NCBI GenBank assembly: GCA_025201805.1
Contig: MU619243.1
Location: 124,001 to 188,000 of the forward strand
Reading direction: 5' to 3'
Source of the DNA: Parasitella parasitica NRRL 2501
Lineage: Eukaryota; Fungi; Mucoromycota
DNA: 64,000 bases
Shown: positions 26,537 to 43,140 of the stretch, one piece after another
Numbering within the stretch: position 1 is the stretch's first letter
How the letters are laid out: each line of letters opens with the position of its first letter
The notes under the pieces: generated by a model
What the model was told of the DNA's origin: nothing
What the model saw: the letters and a program-made list of their open reading frames with translations, nothing else
The model's database searches: none
Made by a program: the position numbers and the translations under genes

Positions 26537-28305
26537 AGCAGCAACAGCAACAGCAACCCTCAGATATCACCTTAAATGACAATAGCTCTTCCTCGTATCA
26601 AACAAAATCAGGCGCTTATATTGATCTCTCTCAATTCAGCAATTGTTCAGATGTTGTTTTGATGGATGGCTGTTGTGCGATATTAGAAAAGCTGACGCTG
26701 AGCGGAAACAGCAGCAATGTTGAAGATTGGGTGATAGACTGCTTGCAGTCAGCCAGCTCTGACATTATAAAACGATACGCAGAGTTCCTGGCGCAGGGAT
26801 TAGAAAAGGAATTGGTCACAAAACAACAGCCATTGAGATATGCTCAGTTTATGAAAGTATTGCTGAAAACTTGCGTATCGCAATCTGCTCATATTGTGCC
26901 TACATTACTGCAAACGTTCTCAGATAACGGCCTTGAATGGCTATTAAAGCGAAACACACAAGTAGCTACTATATTACTGCACTACTTTGACGATGGTCCC
27001 CAAGTGTCAAAGGACATTGTCGTGCGCATGATATTCACATCCAAAAGTAAAATCTACGTGGATCAATTACTGTCCTACTTGAGACAACAAATGGCAGGCA
27101 CGGATCCCAAACAGCTAAGGTCGAGAGCCTGGTTTAAGCACCATTTTTTGAGCAATCTGCTGTCACTGGTAGGTGAAGACAAAAAGGGCAAAAGTGTGGC
27201 GTCTGGAGTGTTCAGACAATTGCTCAAAACACGTAGTGATTTCGAATGGTACTTTGCAACCCCGTTGGTGCCTGCACAGCAGATAACATTCAAGTCATTG
27301 GATTTATGCAACACGCACGACATCTACGCTATTAAAAACACTGGGCTGGCAGCCATGTTGCAAGAGATGGTGCGTCTTGGGGACAACGCTAAAAAGGAGC
27401 GACTCATTCAAGTCTGGTTTGATCTGTGGACAGTACCCAAAGCCAACAACGACTACAAATTTACAGTCCCAGTGAGTTGGATTATACAATGTGCAGGGCT
27501 TTACGATCAGGCGCCAGTGCTGGTAAAGCAAATGATCAAAAAGCTCTTGCAGAGCGGTATTCGGCAGCATGTATCGGAGGACCAAGAGCAAGACATGATG
27601 CAGATGACGGCAGAAAGAAGGTTTTTAGAGCGAGTGATGGATTTGATCTTGCTGTCAGACGCGCCCGAGCCAGACAGCTTATTTGAATTGGTGTTGAATG
27701 TATACTACAATGAAGAAGGTAGCCGCACGTTTGAGGATATCAACTGGACGATCATCAACATTTTGATCGAACTTTCCGAGGAACTAGAAGTAGAGATGCT
27801 GGTATTAGCATCAGCGAGCAATCTGCCTCCGCCGCGGCCAAATCCCAAGAAAATCTACAAGAAACGCAGCAAAAGATTCAGCAAAAAGCACCAAATGAGC
27901 CGTTTAAAGCTGGGGGCTACGATGAAAAAGCACGAGGAGGAACTGGAAAAGTACTTTCAGGAAATCAGCGACAACACGTCCAAGATCAACAATGCAATCA
28001 GAGCACTGACTACACTTGTGCAACGGGTATTCAACTTTCTTATGCGGCTACTGAACGATACCTCGTCTACGGCTTTTGTCGATTCCAGTAACAAGTGTCT
28101 TTCAATCAAACAAGACATTCAACAAGACCTAGTGGACATTGCGTTGTTTTATGACCCTTTAGCAAAGTTAGATAAACTCATAAGTGAGCCAGAGGATTTG
28201 CATGAAGATATACAAACGGTGATAGAATTAAGCGTTGAATGTTTGAAGAAAAAGGCAGATCAATCATTGTATGAAGCATCGCAAAAGATATTGCTTGATA
28301 CTTGA
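25232..28305 (+). CDS. Large (~1004 aa) Leu-rich, probably alpha-helical protein of unknown function; 2 exons
   Basis: Two long ORFs are joined in frame by a 59-nt GT-AG intron (26067-26125). Contains a polyQ tract and a basic NLS-like KKIYKKRSKRFSKK. No family recognised. Confidence 0.8.
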
Positions 28306-29021
28306 AACAAAGACACTGTTGCGTTATGTATGATCAATATAATCGAATGTCTAGTAGAATGATGCTCAAAGTTTGCATATTACAAACAAGTAAGAATTTG
28401 AAGACACAGACCTCGACTTGTAAAAATACATAAGATCTGCAATCATTCTTTATACATTAGTCAATAACTAAGAAGGGACGTCTTTGCAGAGCAAACACAA
28501 CCGATAAGTATATAAAGAGATGTTTTATTCATCTAATAAGAACCACCTAATTTTTATAAAGTCCTGTCGTAATTTACCGAGTCTTTTATTTTAATTTCGA
28601 GATAAAACAGATACACGATGGCAACCAACAACGGATAATCGACATCACAAAATGCAAAGTGGCATTCCCTGGTAGCAATACAATGACCAATATAGCATGT
28701 TCTTGTCTTCCAAAATCATCTAGGCCTAATCTTAATTATAATGGCATGAACCCTAGATTGAGTCATCCAACTACAGATAGGATTTGGGTAAAAAGAGGGT
28801 ATTAGAAAAGGGGGCACCTTTTGGATTATAGATATTTAGTACTACCGATTAACAGTTGGAGGGACACATAATAGTAGTCTTGGAACATCGCAACGAAGAC
28901 ATTATATTAGTACTACTTGATGTCATACATTACACCCAACTAAATTAACACAGTATCATAACTTGCAGTATCACTTCCCTTGTCCTCCTAAAAATATATT
29001 TTCTTTACAATTTCACTATTA

Positions 29022-29062
<41 letters not shown>

Positions 29063-29304
29063 GAAACAAATCTATCTTTGAGACGCAATTTCCAACTGGG
29101 ATTTCAACTTTAATGAAGAACTTCAAACATTTGACCGGTCGAGCATTGATATAGGGTGGGCGTTATTCAAAAGTAATTACTATCACAAATATAATGAACA
29201 ATGTAATATAAATATATATTGAGAAATGATAAAAAATGAGTTAACAAATATAAACGGAAATAGTTTTTTCTTGGTTATTTTTTTTTTTTTTTTTTTTGGT
29301 TTTT

Positions 29305-32300
29305 TTAAGCGTAAGGATTGGCAGCAAATACACGGATCAAAGGAGGAGTCCTGACCATTTCAATAGTAAGCATGACTCTGATTTTATCCAATGCCTTGAT
29401 AGTTTGTGAAGATTGTTCAGAGCTATAGCCAGTGCTAGCAGACAAACGAGAACTAATGATGGAAGCTCTCTTTGATGCAGACTTCTTGTTTCCTGTCAAA
29501 GTATTGGAGATGATTCCAGCTTTGGCGGCTGCAAGAGCAATAGCTTCAAATTGTTTGTCATTTTCCAGACTCAAATTGCTGCTGCTGTTGGTAGAACTGG
29601 AAGTGTTTGATTGAGATTGTTCAGGGTATGCAGATAATAATTCTTCTTCCTCATATTCATCATCTGAGAGACTCCATTGTTGTTGTAGGCCTGTAGAGGG
29701 GATTACACCTTGCTTCCAAAACATGGTCAATGCGCGATCATAGGGGTCATATTGATGGCGCCACAAGGGCAAATTGGCTAAATGGATACGTCTTTCCATT
29801 CCAAATTCAGATAAAGACACATCAAAGTAGTCTTCACTAACAGCAATTACACGAGCTTCGCCATACACGGTGGTAGTGACCTGAGTGCCTGTAACTACAG
29901 TTTGATGATTCACATGGGGCTGCTGCAAATCTTGTTTATGTACAAAGTATAAAGCAAGAGATAAAAGTTTGCTTTGTTCACGGGCTGCCAAGCTGGCTTC
30001 TTTCTTTACGTTGCAGTGTTGAGCAAGTTTTTGGACTGTATCACGATCCAGGTAAAAGTGTTTATCTACAAAGATGTATAAATTAAATTCGTGAAAACTA
30101 TTGAGGGGTCAATAAATTACAAAAAAAAAAAAAGAAACGTACCACCTGTTAATGCAGATTCCAATTGACGGTGCACCACAATATCTGTATATCTACGCAA
30201 AGGTGCAGTGAAATGAGTGAATAAAGGCACGCCAGTGGCAAAATGGGAATATTTCATAATGTCGAATGTTCCGGTGCAAAAGTATTTGGGTGGTTGCATG
30301 GTTTTCAAAACCAAAATCGATACCAATTGACGAAGTTCGTCATCCCGGATATCTTGAACTGATTCTTGAATTGTGATTGCGCTAGATATATCTAACTCGA
30401 CGCCTAAATAACGTAAAGTGTAATCCTTCAGCTCGTTCTACGTATATAATGTTATTCATCTTTGCATGCCAACTCCTAATTATCAAAACTTTACAATCTT
30501 TCTGCTATCAGGAGGTGCTTGACGGCGTAACAGAGCTTGATCTGGGTATTGACTGGATATCTTTTGAGCAACACACTTGTTTGCCATGAATAAGAATTCC
30601 TTTACGATTTTAGCAATGTTAGGCCCAGAGTTCGAAATAGTGACTTGAGTAGGTTGGTTGGGATTATCAAATGTAAGATTTTGTCTTGATAAAGACATGG
30701 CATCTTTGGTATATCTTGCTTTGAAAAGACATTGTGCAATGCTGTACAACATGCGAACATCATTGTCAATGTCGTTGTCCTCATTTCCGTCAATGATTTT
30801 TTGAGCCTCTTCGTATGTCAATTGAGCGCTCGATCTAATTTTTGAAAGCCAAATATTAGACGTTAAACATTTTTTTTACCATACATAGTGAAATGGCTTA
30901 CTTGACAACCGTTTTTCCATACCAAGTATCTAGCAGCATGCCATCGGAGCTAAGCTTCCAAATAACAGAGAAAGCAGGTCTGCAGCGGCAGGTGAGACAA
31001 CGCACTTAAAGACACACAATTTACTTACTTGAGCTCATTCAACTTCAAATTGGCAACATCTATCAGTTCCATCGGTAGCATGGGTACTTGCTTTTGATCC
31101 AGGGCTACATGGACAGCTCTTGCTCTAGCCTCTTTGTCCAATGGAGAATGGGGTTTGATAAAGTATGAAATATCAGCAACATGGACACCCATTTCGAATG
31201 TGTCATCTCCGAGACGAACAATAGATAAACCATCTTCAAAAAGTGTACTTCCAGCAGGATCAATGGTTATCATACGATGCTGCTCCAATGTCAAATCACG
31301 GCGACTTTCATCCTGAGGAGATGTGAATTGGAAAGGACTGGGAGGAACGCATTCCATGACAGCATCCGTGAAGGGTACATCAGATACATTATTGTCTGCC
31401 AAAATAGCCTTGATTTGAACGTCCAAATCCGTGAGGATACCCAATTCTCTCTCCAAAGTACCAAAAGGATGTAATGAGGTGATAGGCCAGCGCTTGATGG
31501 AGCCAACAAACAGACGATTCTTGTAGTCGTCGTTATTGTCCACAAAGTCTTGGGGCACTTGTTCAATGGGGATAGCGATCAAAGGCACACGTTTATCGGT
31601 AGCTTTAAACCAAACAATACGAGGCACTTCCTTTTTTCCGCCTTCCTCTTCTTCTTGCTGCTGTATTGCAGCTCTTTTGTTGTTGGGTCTCATCAGTGTC
31701 AAAGTGCCAGAAAAGACTTGGTTTTGAGCTCTTTCCAGGATAGCTACAACAACACCAGCATATTTTGGCTTTACGGCATCAATTTCCTCGTCACCGCCAA
31801 ATATGATTTCATTTTCATCCTCTTCGTCAGGCAAACGAGTTTTGACTTGGCCATGATTTCTTGCCAACTTGGCATCTTCCTTTTCCTGTTTTTCGCGAAT
31901 TACTTTGTCGACATTGACTAGCCGAACAGCAACTACGTCGCCTTCAAGTGCTCTGTTGCGATCACGAGACCCACAAATATAAATGTCACCGCCATCCAGC
32001 TCGTCGCAAGAGACGTATGCATCACTGCGATTTCGCTTGTTTACACGCAAGATACCACGTACCAATTGTCTTGCTCTGAACAAGGGCGTCAGAGCAGAGA
32101 AGGGCAAATGAGCAATGAAGAGAGGTCGACGCTGGTGAGGGTTGGCATCATCTCTGGAGAAATTGACACGAGTAGGGGTGAAAGGTACCAGGGAAAAAGA
32201 TGATCTGTTACTAGCATTTGCATGGCTGTTGACAGAAGCGTTGCCTATAGTTTAAAATGTTAATATTGGTGGTGCCCTGTAAAACAAAAAGCAACATTTC

Positions 32301-32788
32301 TGCACATACTGTTTCTCCACTCATCATAGTTGCGAGACGAGCGGCGATTCATGGACTTTCTGTTATCCGGATTTCCAGCACTGCCATTGTTATTGTTTAA
32401 AGACAAACTCAACGATTTGCTGTTCATGGAAGCCCTCTTGTTGATGCTGCGGTCCATTACAAACGACTCGCCGTTTTCATTCAGGACAGGCAATTGCTGA
32501 AGTGAGGCACGCTTTTTAGCGCTGTTGTTGCTATCATCACGTCTATTAAAGGTCCCCATCAGCTTAGCCTCGGCTTCGGCTAGGGCAGCCTCCCTTGATG
32601 AAAAGATATTCTCATCGCTAGGCCGTCTCTCTGGTCTGGCGTTACTACTCGTAGTGGCAGCGGGGGAGGGCGCTATGATAGGAGGTAGCGTTTTCAATGT
32701 GTTGATAATGTCTTGCAAAGAGTCGACGGTCATTTCTTCCTTGAGAGTGTGTAAACCCGCAAAGCTTCTTCGGTTCCTGCTACTGCTA

Positions 32789-32833
<45 letters not shown>

Positions 32834-33144
32834 GGATTCAACAAGGAGTTTGTAGACTTTGAAGAAGATACGACAATGTCTGAATTTAGCGCAGAGCGAG
32901 ATCCCTGATGTCGAGGAGCAGGCATCATAGAGACAGGCTTTCTGTGTCTATTGCTACTGTCAAACTGATTGGCGCTTGAAGCGTGAAATGTACGACGTTT
33001 GTCAGAGAAAGTTCTCGAGGAGATCTGCATATGATGTTAGGGAAGGTTGACTGAAAGACAGGCAGGCTCTCTTACCTCTGGAACATCGAATAGACCTCTG
33101 GTGCTTTCAGGAGCAGTTTGCTGTTCTAGCGTCTCATGGTTCAT
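29305..33144 (-). CDS. SSD1: Ssd1/Dis3L2-like RNase II (RNB) family RNA-binding protein, probably catalytically dead; multi-exon
   Basis: RRPLFIAHLPF...GILRVNKRNRSDAYV...DIYICGSRDRNRALEGDVVAV, KRWPITSLHPFG, HFTAPLRRYTDIVVHRQL. Disordered Ser/Asn-rich N-terminus. Catalytic motif reads DPAGSTLFED. Confidence 0.85.
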
Positions 33145-33298
33145 TTTTTTTGTTTTTTTTTGTTTTTCTTTGGGGCAACAATAATTCAAAAAGGAAAGAA
33201 TGGAAAGGAGGGGAAAAAAGTGAGGGAAAAGAGAAGAGGAAAAAGGAAAAAGGAAAAGAACTATGTTGTGCTATATGTATGGTTTTTTTTTTTTTTTT

Positions 33299-33308
33299 NN
33301 NNNNNNNN
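33299..33308. other. Assembly gap (N10) following a poly-T run
   Basis: Ten n characters. Confidence 0.99.
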
Positions 33309-34769
33309 AATTTATACAATGTGCTTGTTTGTGCACCAGATTTGTTTTTTTGGGTTTGCTCCACACAATTTCATTCGCCAAGCAATAAAAAGGGAGTCTT
33401 AATGCCATGTTACACTTTCATCAGTTTTGCCACTTTTGCCTCAATCTCAGGTTATTTTGAAACCATGTCTCCAGTGTAAACCAACATGAGTGGCAGTAAC
33501 CTGTGATGTATCAAAAACAAGATGGAGCTACATAAGGATTCTGCCTGTACTCTGTGGCTCGCGTACGTTAGGATGGTTCTCGCCACATCTCTAAGCGAGA
33601 AGCAATGACCGTAGTCTAATTTATCACAAGCTGAACTCCACAATCTACCCTGTGTCGGATAGATATAAGCATTGCATAGCAGTATAAACCATATCTTTGT
33701 AGTAATTACATACTTTATTTAGAGCGTAGGTGATACAAAATAAAATCGGCATCGCTTTTGGTTTCATTTGATGATGGTTTACTGCCGAGACTTTTTTTTT
33801 TTTTGCTGCACGTTGAAATATTAATAGCTTAACCACTTGAAGAATGGGTAGGCTACAGAATGATATATATATACATATAATATATATCTGATGTTGGGCC
33901 AAAGACAATCATATACTCTCATGCTGTGTTATCCTGCAGACTCTAAATTAATACACAAACTAACAATCAAAGCGCTTGCAGCAAAGCAAATCAAGCCTAT
34001 CCTATTTCTCGCAGACTTCAGATCAAGACGCACTGCTGTGACCATTAGAGCCCCTTATTAAGGAACACAGCTGTAGAAACCAAATGATGTATTCCTCTCT
34101 CGAAAAAAAAAAAAAAAAGAGTTGACCTAGCATTTGCCATTCTGTTTCCCAAGTTTTGTCGTTATCGTGTATTGGCCTTGATACAGATCAAACATTTTTT
34201 GTTTATTACAGAAAAAAGGGGCTCGTTACCACAAAAGTTCAATCACTTGAGTAAACAAAAGTGCTTGATGAAATCCCTGTTTCCAAGGCTATTGAGCTGT
34301 CAAAATCAAGCTGTTGTCTACCTGATTGTTTGCTGAATTTGGAATCGACCAGGCCTTTTCATTAAACATCAACACATGAAAAATGTTTATGGATTTAGAC
34401 AGTAAAGATAGGCACTGCATCGTGTACGTTTAGGTTTATTACGCAGATGCTCTCGAGAATTAATTCCACATGTAGAACCTTGATTCTCAGTAGTTGCTGG
34501 GTACAGTGTTCCCAAAGCTTCACCATAGTGTTTTTACTATTATTACAGAGCATCTTTGACAAAAGAGACACACAAGGTTTTTTATAAAACAGCTTCGTAC
34601 GCATGTCGACGGTATACAAAATGCTCGTTTTTCACCCGATAATATCATAGAAAAAAAAAGTGCGTTGGAGTTTGGCCGCTCTTGGCAGACAAGCATGCAA
34701 GGGCGTCAGCTAGCATTAGAAGACCATGATCTGCAACATCGCTCAAGCATCAGATGTGACAGCCGGAAA

Positions 34770-34775
34770 ACGCGT
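34770..34775. promoter_or_regulatory. MCB-like element (ACGCGT) upstream of MCM6
   Basis: ACGCGT ~130 bp upstream of the MCM6 ATG. MCB boxes drive G1/S genes in fungi. Single copy only. Confidence 0.4.
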
Positions 34776-34836
34776 TTGTAAAGTCTTTTTGTGACCAAAC
34801 TCTTTTCGACAATTTTTTTGCTATACTCACTCGTGT

Positions 34837-34840
<4 letters not shown>

Positions 34841-34873
<33 letters not shown>
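34841..34873. repeat. (TC)n microsatellite in the MCM6 5' region
   Basis: About 16 TC units seen directly. Confidence 0.95.
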
Positions 34874-34876
<3 letters not shown>

Positions 34877-34904
34877 AGCAACAGATACAGAGACCATATT
34901 CAAC

Positions 34905-38108
<3,204 letters not shown>

Positions 38109-38593
38109 TATGTATTTGCTTTTTTCTCCCTTCTTCCTATACATCCCCTTCGTCTATCTATCATTATTTTTTAATTTTTTTTTTTTTTACTATTACTATA
38201 TTACCGTGAATTAGGTGTAAATATTATTAATTTCTGCATTTCCCAAAGGGATGAAGGGATAAAAAAAAAACAAAAGAATTGTCAGTTATTTACTAATAAA
38301 GATTTGTTTTATTATAATTTATGATTGTAACGTCAAATTCTTGAAGGGACCAACCTATCCCTTCGTAAAATAATAAAAAAAAAATCAAATGTGTAATTAA
38401 CATTCATGACTCTTATGAATGGAGAAAAATGTAACTATACTAAGCTTTGATTTCAAAACTATAAATACAGACACATCTTTGACCAATTCCCATTTTTTCA
38501 TTATCCTCATCTAATAAGATCTTTCTTATCACTACAACAACTCTACTCTACTCTACTTGTTCTTTAAACATTACTACTTCTTTACTCTTCAAA

Positions 38594-39040
38594 ATGGTTC
38601 GTGCTATTATCTTCGTTTCTGCTCTCGTTGCCTTGGTTGCCACTGTTTCTGCTGTCCCCCGTCCTGATGCTCCTTTAGTTGATGTTGATGCTGGAGACCA
38701 CATTGGTACTGGCGATCTCAACTTTGATGATGCCTTGCAAAATGTCGTCAATGCCAACGATCTCCAAGTTCAAGGTATTTACTTGTTCATATTGCTTTAA
38801 TATTTTGATGCTCACATCCTTTCTTATGCAGATGTTGCTTATGATGTCAATGCTGTTGCTCACGATGATGATGATGAGGGTCACCATGATGGCTGCGATC
38901 ATCACCATGGTGGTCTCTTGCATGGCCTCCTCAAGCGTGAAGCTCCCGCTGGTACTGTCAGAATCGCCAGACAAAACCGTGGCAAGAAGATGATCAGCAA
39001 GAAGTCTGCCAAGAAGGTTGCCGGTGCCATGGTCAATTAA
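38594..39040 (+). CDS. Small secreted protein (129 aa), Asp/His-rich, with a Kex2-type site and cationic tail; 2 exons
   Basis: Signal peptide MVRAIIFVSALVALVATVSA. Intron 38775-38831. Exon 2 reads DVAYDVNAVAHDDDDEGHHDGCDHHHGGLLHGLLKREAPAGTVRIARQNRGKKMISKKSAKKVAGAMVN*. TATAAA near 38460. Confidence 0.85.
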
Positions 39041-39656
39041 ATGTTTGTTCCCTGATTTACATTCATCCTTTCTTATAGAACTTCATTTTTTTTTTTTCCA
39101 TTTTATCTTATTCTTTTTTTAATCATATTAACATGATCATCTTTATACTACATCTAAACATAAACAAATTAAACCAACATTAATAAAACCAACATTACCT
39201 ATATTCTTTCTGCGTAGTACTGTTTGTATTGCTGAATTATAGTTGCCATAAATTGTATCACAGCAGCTATCAATGTTTGAAATGTTCATTGGGATATCTT
39301 TTGGTATGCTGATTTTAACTATTCTTATCACATATATCAAAAAATTACATCACGTATGATATCACCTTGGATATTTTGTTAAATAAATGCGTAAATAAAC
39401 ATTTAATATGCACAGCAAATATATACTGTTACAGTAGAATTATTGTAAACCAGAGGGTTAACACAGAAATATATATCTCAAGAGTCAGAAACGCATACAT
39501 TTCCTGAGAGCTTTTCCAAATCCATGGGTTGGAAACAACAACGTCTCTCAAATGCTACTTTGTTTAGAATTGGTGTAACGAGTCTTGGGATTTTGGCTTT
39601 GGTGTTTTCTTAATGATATCCTTTTTATAAAATTAACCTATTTATTATTACTTGCA

Positions 39657-40310
39657 ATGTACAACACAACCAGATTCTACCATTATCTACCCTCTGGCGA
39701 ATTCGCTTGTGATGAAGAACCTGAATACCAGCCAAAACAAGATGGAGCGGTTATTAAGTCGTTGTACCAGATGGAAGGTATTCCAGATTATGAGCCTTCG
39801 CCCGAGGATGAAGATGATGGTTATTTTAATATAGCAGTGGCTATGGAAGAAATTGATTTAAAAGCAACGCCTCTACCTAATATGATTTGGACACCAAATG
39901 AAGTACCGGATTTTGGAGCAAGAGCCATATTTGATTTCGTCAAGATGTAATAATGATGAGCAGTTCGTCATTGAGATGGCACTTTTTCCAATGTGTTCTT
40001 TCCAGTGTTACCCCAGTGTTTTTATTTAAAAGAATTTGTTCTGAGGATTAATCTATCTCTTTCTCTACTTTCAACTTTAATTTTTAAGCCTACAAAATGG
40101 TTACTACCTGCAGAACTTCAAACGAAAACATCAATGAACAAAAGTCTCCCTCAAGAAACCATCATAGGGGTCCAAGAGGGGCACACAAAAAGCCCTCTCA
40201 AGAATTAAGAAACCTGGCTATCCAATATTGTGATACGATGGGCGATAAGACAATCTCTCAGGCTGCTAGAGAACTGGGTGTCAGTCGCGCTACCCTTAGT
40301 ACGTAGTCTG
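39657..40310 (+). pseudogene. N-terminal remnant of a Tc1-like transposase (HTH)
   Basis: Acidic leader MYNTTRFYHYLPSGEF... and an HTH, KTISQAARELGVSRATLST*, ending in a stop. No DDE domain follows. Confidence 0.45.
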
Positions 40311-41479
40311 GATAAATCAAATTTGCACTATTTTTGTACTTTCAAACTTCATTGATGAGAAACATCTACATCGACTTGAGCGTAAAATTAAAAAAGAAGG
40401 TTCAAGTTTGATTGGCCTGCTCAAACAAGTCAAATACCACTACCGTATAAACTTGAAAATGGTTAAATTACAAATCCATCAAAGTATCAAAGTATCAAAC
40501 TGCATAACCGTACTAATAAGGCATTTAATTGCATGTATTCGTTAAACTATGCGTATACACAATGGCAGTTTATTTCTGAATCTAAGTTTAAACCAACGTT
40601 ATCATTCTGTTTTTCTTTTAATTAAATATCTTTTCAAAATCATAGCATATTACAATCTCTGTTTTTATAACTTCGCATTTTCATTTTATGTTACATCTGT
40701 TGAGTTAAGTAAGCATATCCAATATCAAAGAAAGAATATACAGCCGGGACTCGTCATAACGGACGGGATGGTGTATAAAAACGTGTTTGGTATAGCGAGG
40801 TATAACCCTATTCAGAATTTGATATATTATGAAACTTAACTTTTGTTACTAAAATTAGCCACAACCTCCACCATAACAACAACTTTACTTTCTATTTTAA
40901 GTACTTAGCCTTATAATCACAAAAAAAGAGACTCTTGAGCTGACATTAAGCATTATTATAAGCATCAATGGTAATAGGGCTTCTCTATCACTAGCAATTA
41001 GCAATTTATGTATAATTCACAAATAGCAAGGGGTTATTGCAGCAAAAAATTGTATCCATTAATTATCCTCTTCTGCTTCCAACTTGATGAGCCATACCTG
41101 TTTGATCATATTACTATGAAGAAAGGTATACTTATGAATCAAAAATGCTTACTTTATAGAGCTGTGTCATGTACTAGAATTGATATTGACGTGATAGCAT
41201 CTCCAGATAGATATCTTTTACAGCTTAAAAGCAAGAAATTTAGCTTCGTGTGCCATTTTTTGATTAATTTTTATAATCAAAAGTGCCCTGAAAACACCAA
41301 AAATAGTATCAATTGAGAAAAAACTATATTATATATGATTTTGGTGCAATTTGAGCATGATTTTTTTTTCGATGCAAAATGACGGATTTTTTCGATTTTT
41401 TCCTTGTATCCACCCATTCAAAATCATTGATTATGCATTATCCTCGATTTTGACCTCAAAAATGCAACTTTTTACTATA

Positions 41480-42110
41480 GCATATATTGGAGGAAAATGA
41501 TCGTAAAAGGTCATTCCTTGATCTGAAAGACTGCAAATGCGCTCTGATTAAGCAGAATGTTGACTTTTCCTTCTTAATCTGTTTTTGAGGTTTTCTAAGA
41601 AGAAATACTGCCACAAGCATTCGGGAATTATGAAATGATACTATCGTGTAGAGCGTCCAAAAATACAGCTATTACCATAGACTCATAGCGGTGGTATGCA
41701 TAGTATCAAAGGATGATATCTTGCCTCAAAGGAGTAATTTTTTTTTCAAATTGTCCAAATGGAGTTTCTGAAAGAATTTTTTCTTCCTGATTTTGGAAGC
41801 GTTTAATCTCCGCTATCAAAGAAAATTGGCGCTTTTTTGAAGAAAGCGTTAGCTTTGAGAAGCCATAGCTTACCCGATTAAAGGGATAGTCAATTACAAC
41901 CTAGTTTTTTTAAATGATGTGCTTCTTGGCTTTCTAATGGTAGTACGTGCATGTCTGCAACTGGCCTGACAATCTCACGCTCCGATTTTGAAAAATACCT
42001 TTCCGAAAAAAGTCAGGAAAGCCGCTACGTCCATCTGATATCAACTTGAAAAGTACAATAACTTGCTCCAAGCTATGCAAATATGTGATCAAAAGGTGCC
42101 TTATATTCTA
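41480..42110 (-). pseudogene. Highly decayed transposase-like remnant
   Basis: Short frameshifted fragments on the minus strand (RTTIRKPRSTS, VFLDALHD) are reminiscent of Tc1/IS630 transposases. Many stops. Confidence 0.25.
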
Positions 42111-43140
42111 ATGCTTTATTTTGAATTACTCGTTTTTGTGTTTGAGATCACTAAACATTGTTATCTTACAGTCTTTGTCTTTTTTCTGACAACAACCCAC
42201 TGAAGTTCACGTAGCCAAAAAAAAAAAAAAAAAAAAAAATCAGGCGCCTAAAATCTACAGAACTAGCTTTACAAAGACACACATTTTTGAATCATTCCAA
42301 GATTATGAAAAAGGTGGCACAGGTTTAAATAGCTGTTCTACTGAGCAACTGGATATACAGAACCCTGCTTAGTACTTGTCTGTCAAGAACTTCTACACTA
42401 GAAGACGCCAGATCAACTGAAGGTATAAGAAAGTGCCAGAGAAAAGGAAATAACCTGCCACCAGGATAGCACATCCATTTATAAAAATAAAAAAAAACTA
42501 TCTGTTTGGAAATTTATGAAATCCCAAGGACATAAATGTGTTTATCTTCAACCTTGCTCTCCGTTACTGAATCTAATTTTAGGTTTTTGATCCAAAGTCA
42601 ATAGACAACCGCAATCTTTTTTAAAGGCTACCTTGAACTTAAATATATGATGTATATAGCTTATATCACAACACATTCTCTTTGTATATTCACTGTAAAT
42701 GAAACAAAGCAATTACTCTTTTTCTCTGAAATTAAAAATTCCTACTTGAGGAAACATTTCTCTTCTCTCAGAAACTTCTTGCCTTTTATCAGAAACAAAA
42801 GGTTTTTCTTACCAGAAACCCTAATAACTATTATCCCAATCTCCATGATCTTTATCATTTACTTGAACTTTTTTTCAGAAGTGGTAAAAAAGACTGTAGT
42901 GGACGCTTTTGATTATAAGGATGTATAGTTGACTATACCAAATATTTGGGCCATTAAGGAAGTCGCTTAGACGTGACGTAATGATAAAGGGAAGAAGGAT
43001 GCGGACTTTGCCCTCGCGACACGTAAGTTACTTTCAGTGTATATAGGATGTTCTAAGTGATATCTCCCTTTTTTTTTTTTTCTTTTATAATCAAACTTGT
43101 CAATAGACTAACAAACAGTTAATTATATATAATATCAAAT

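Noticed and set aside
33135-33137. Alternative SSD1 start ATG
   Set aside because: It reads ATG AGA CGC TAG. The ATG at 33144 is the one that splices in frame.
34264-34326. Possible C/D-box snoRNA (TGATGA...CTGA)
   Set aside because: Such boxes occur frequently by chance. No terminal stem or recognisable rRNA guide was seen.
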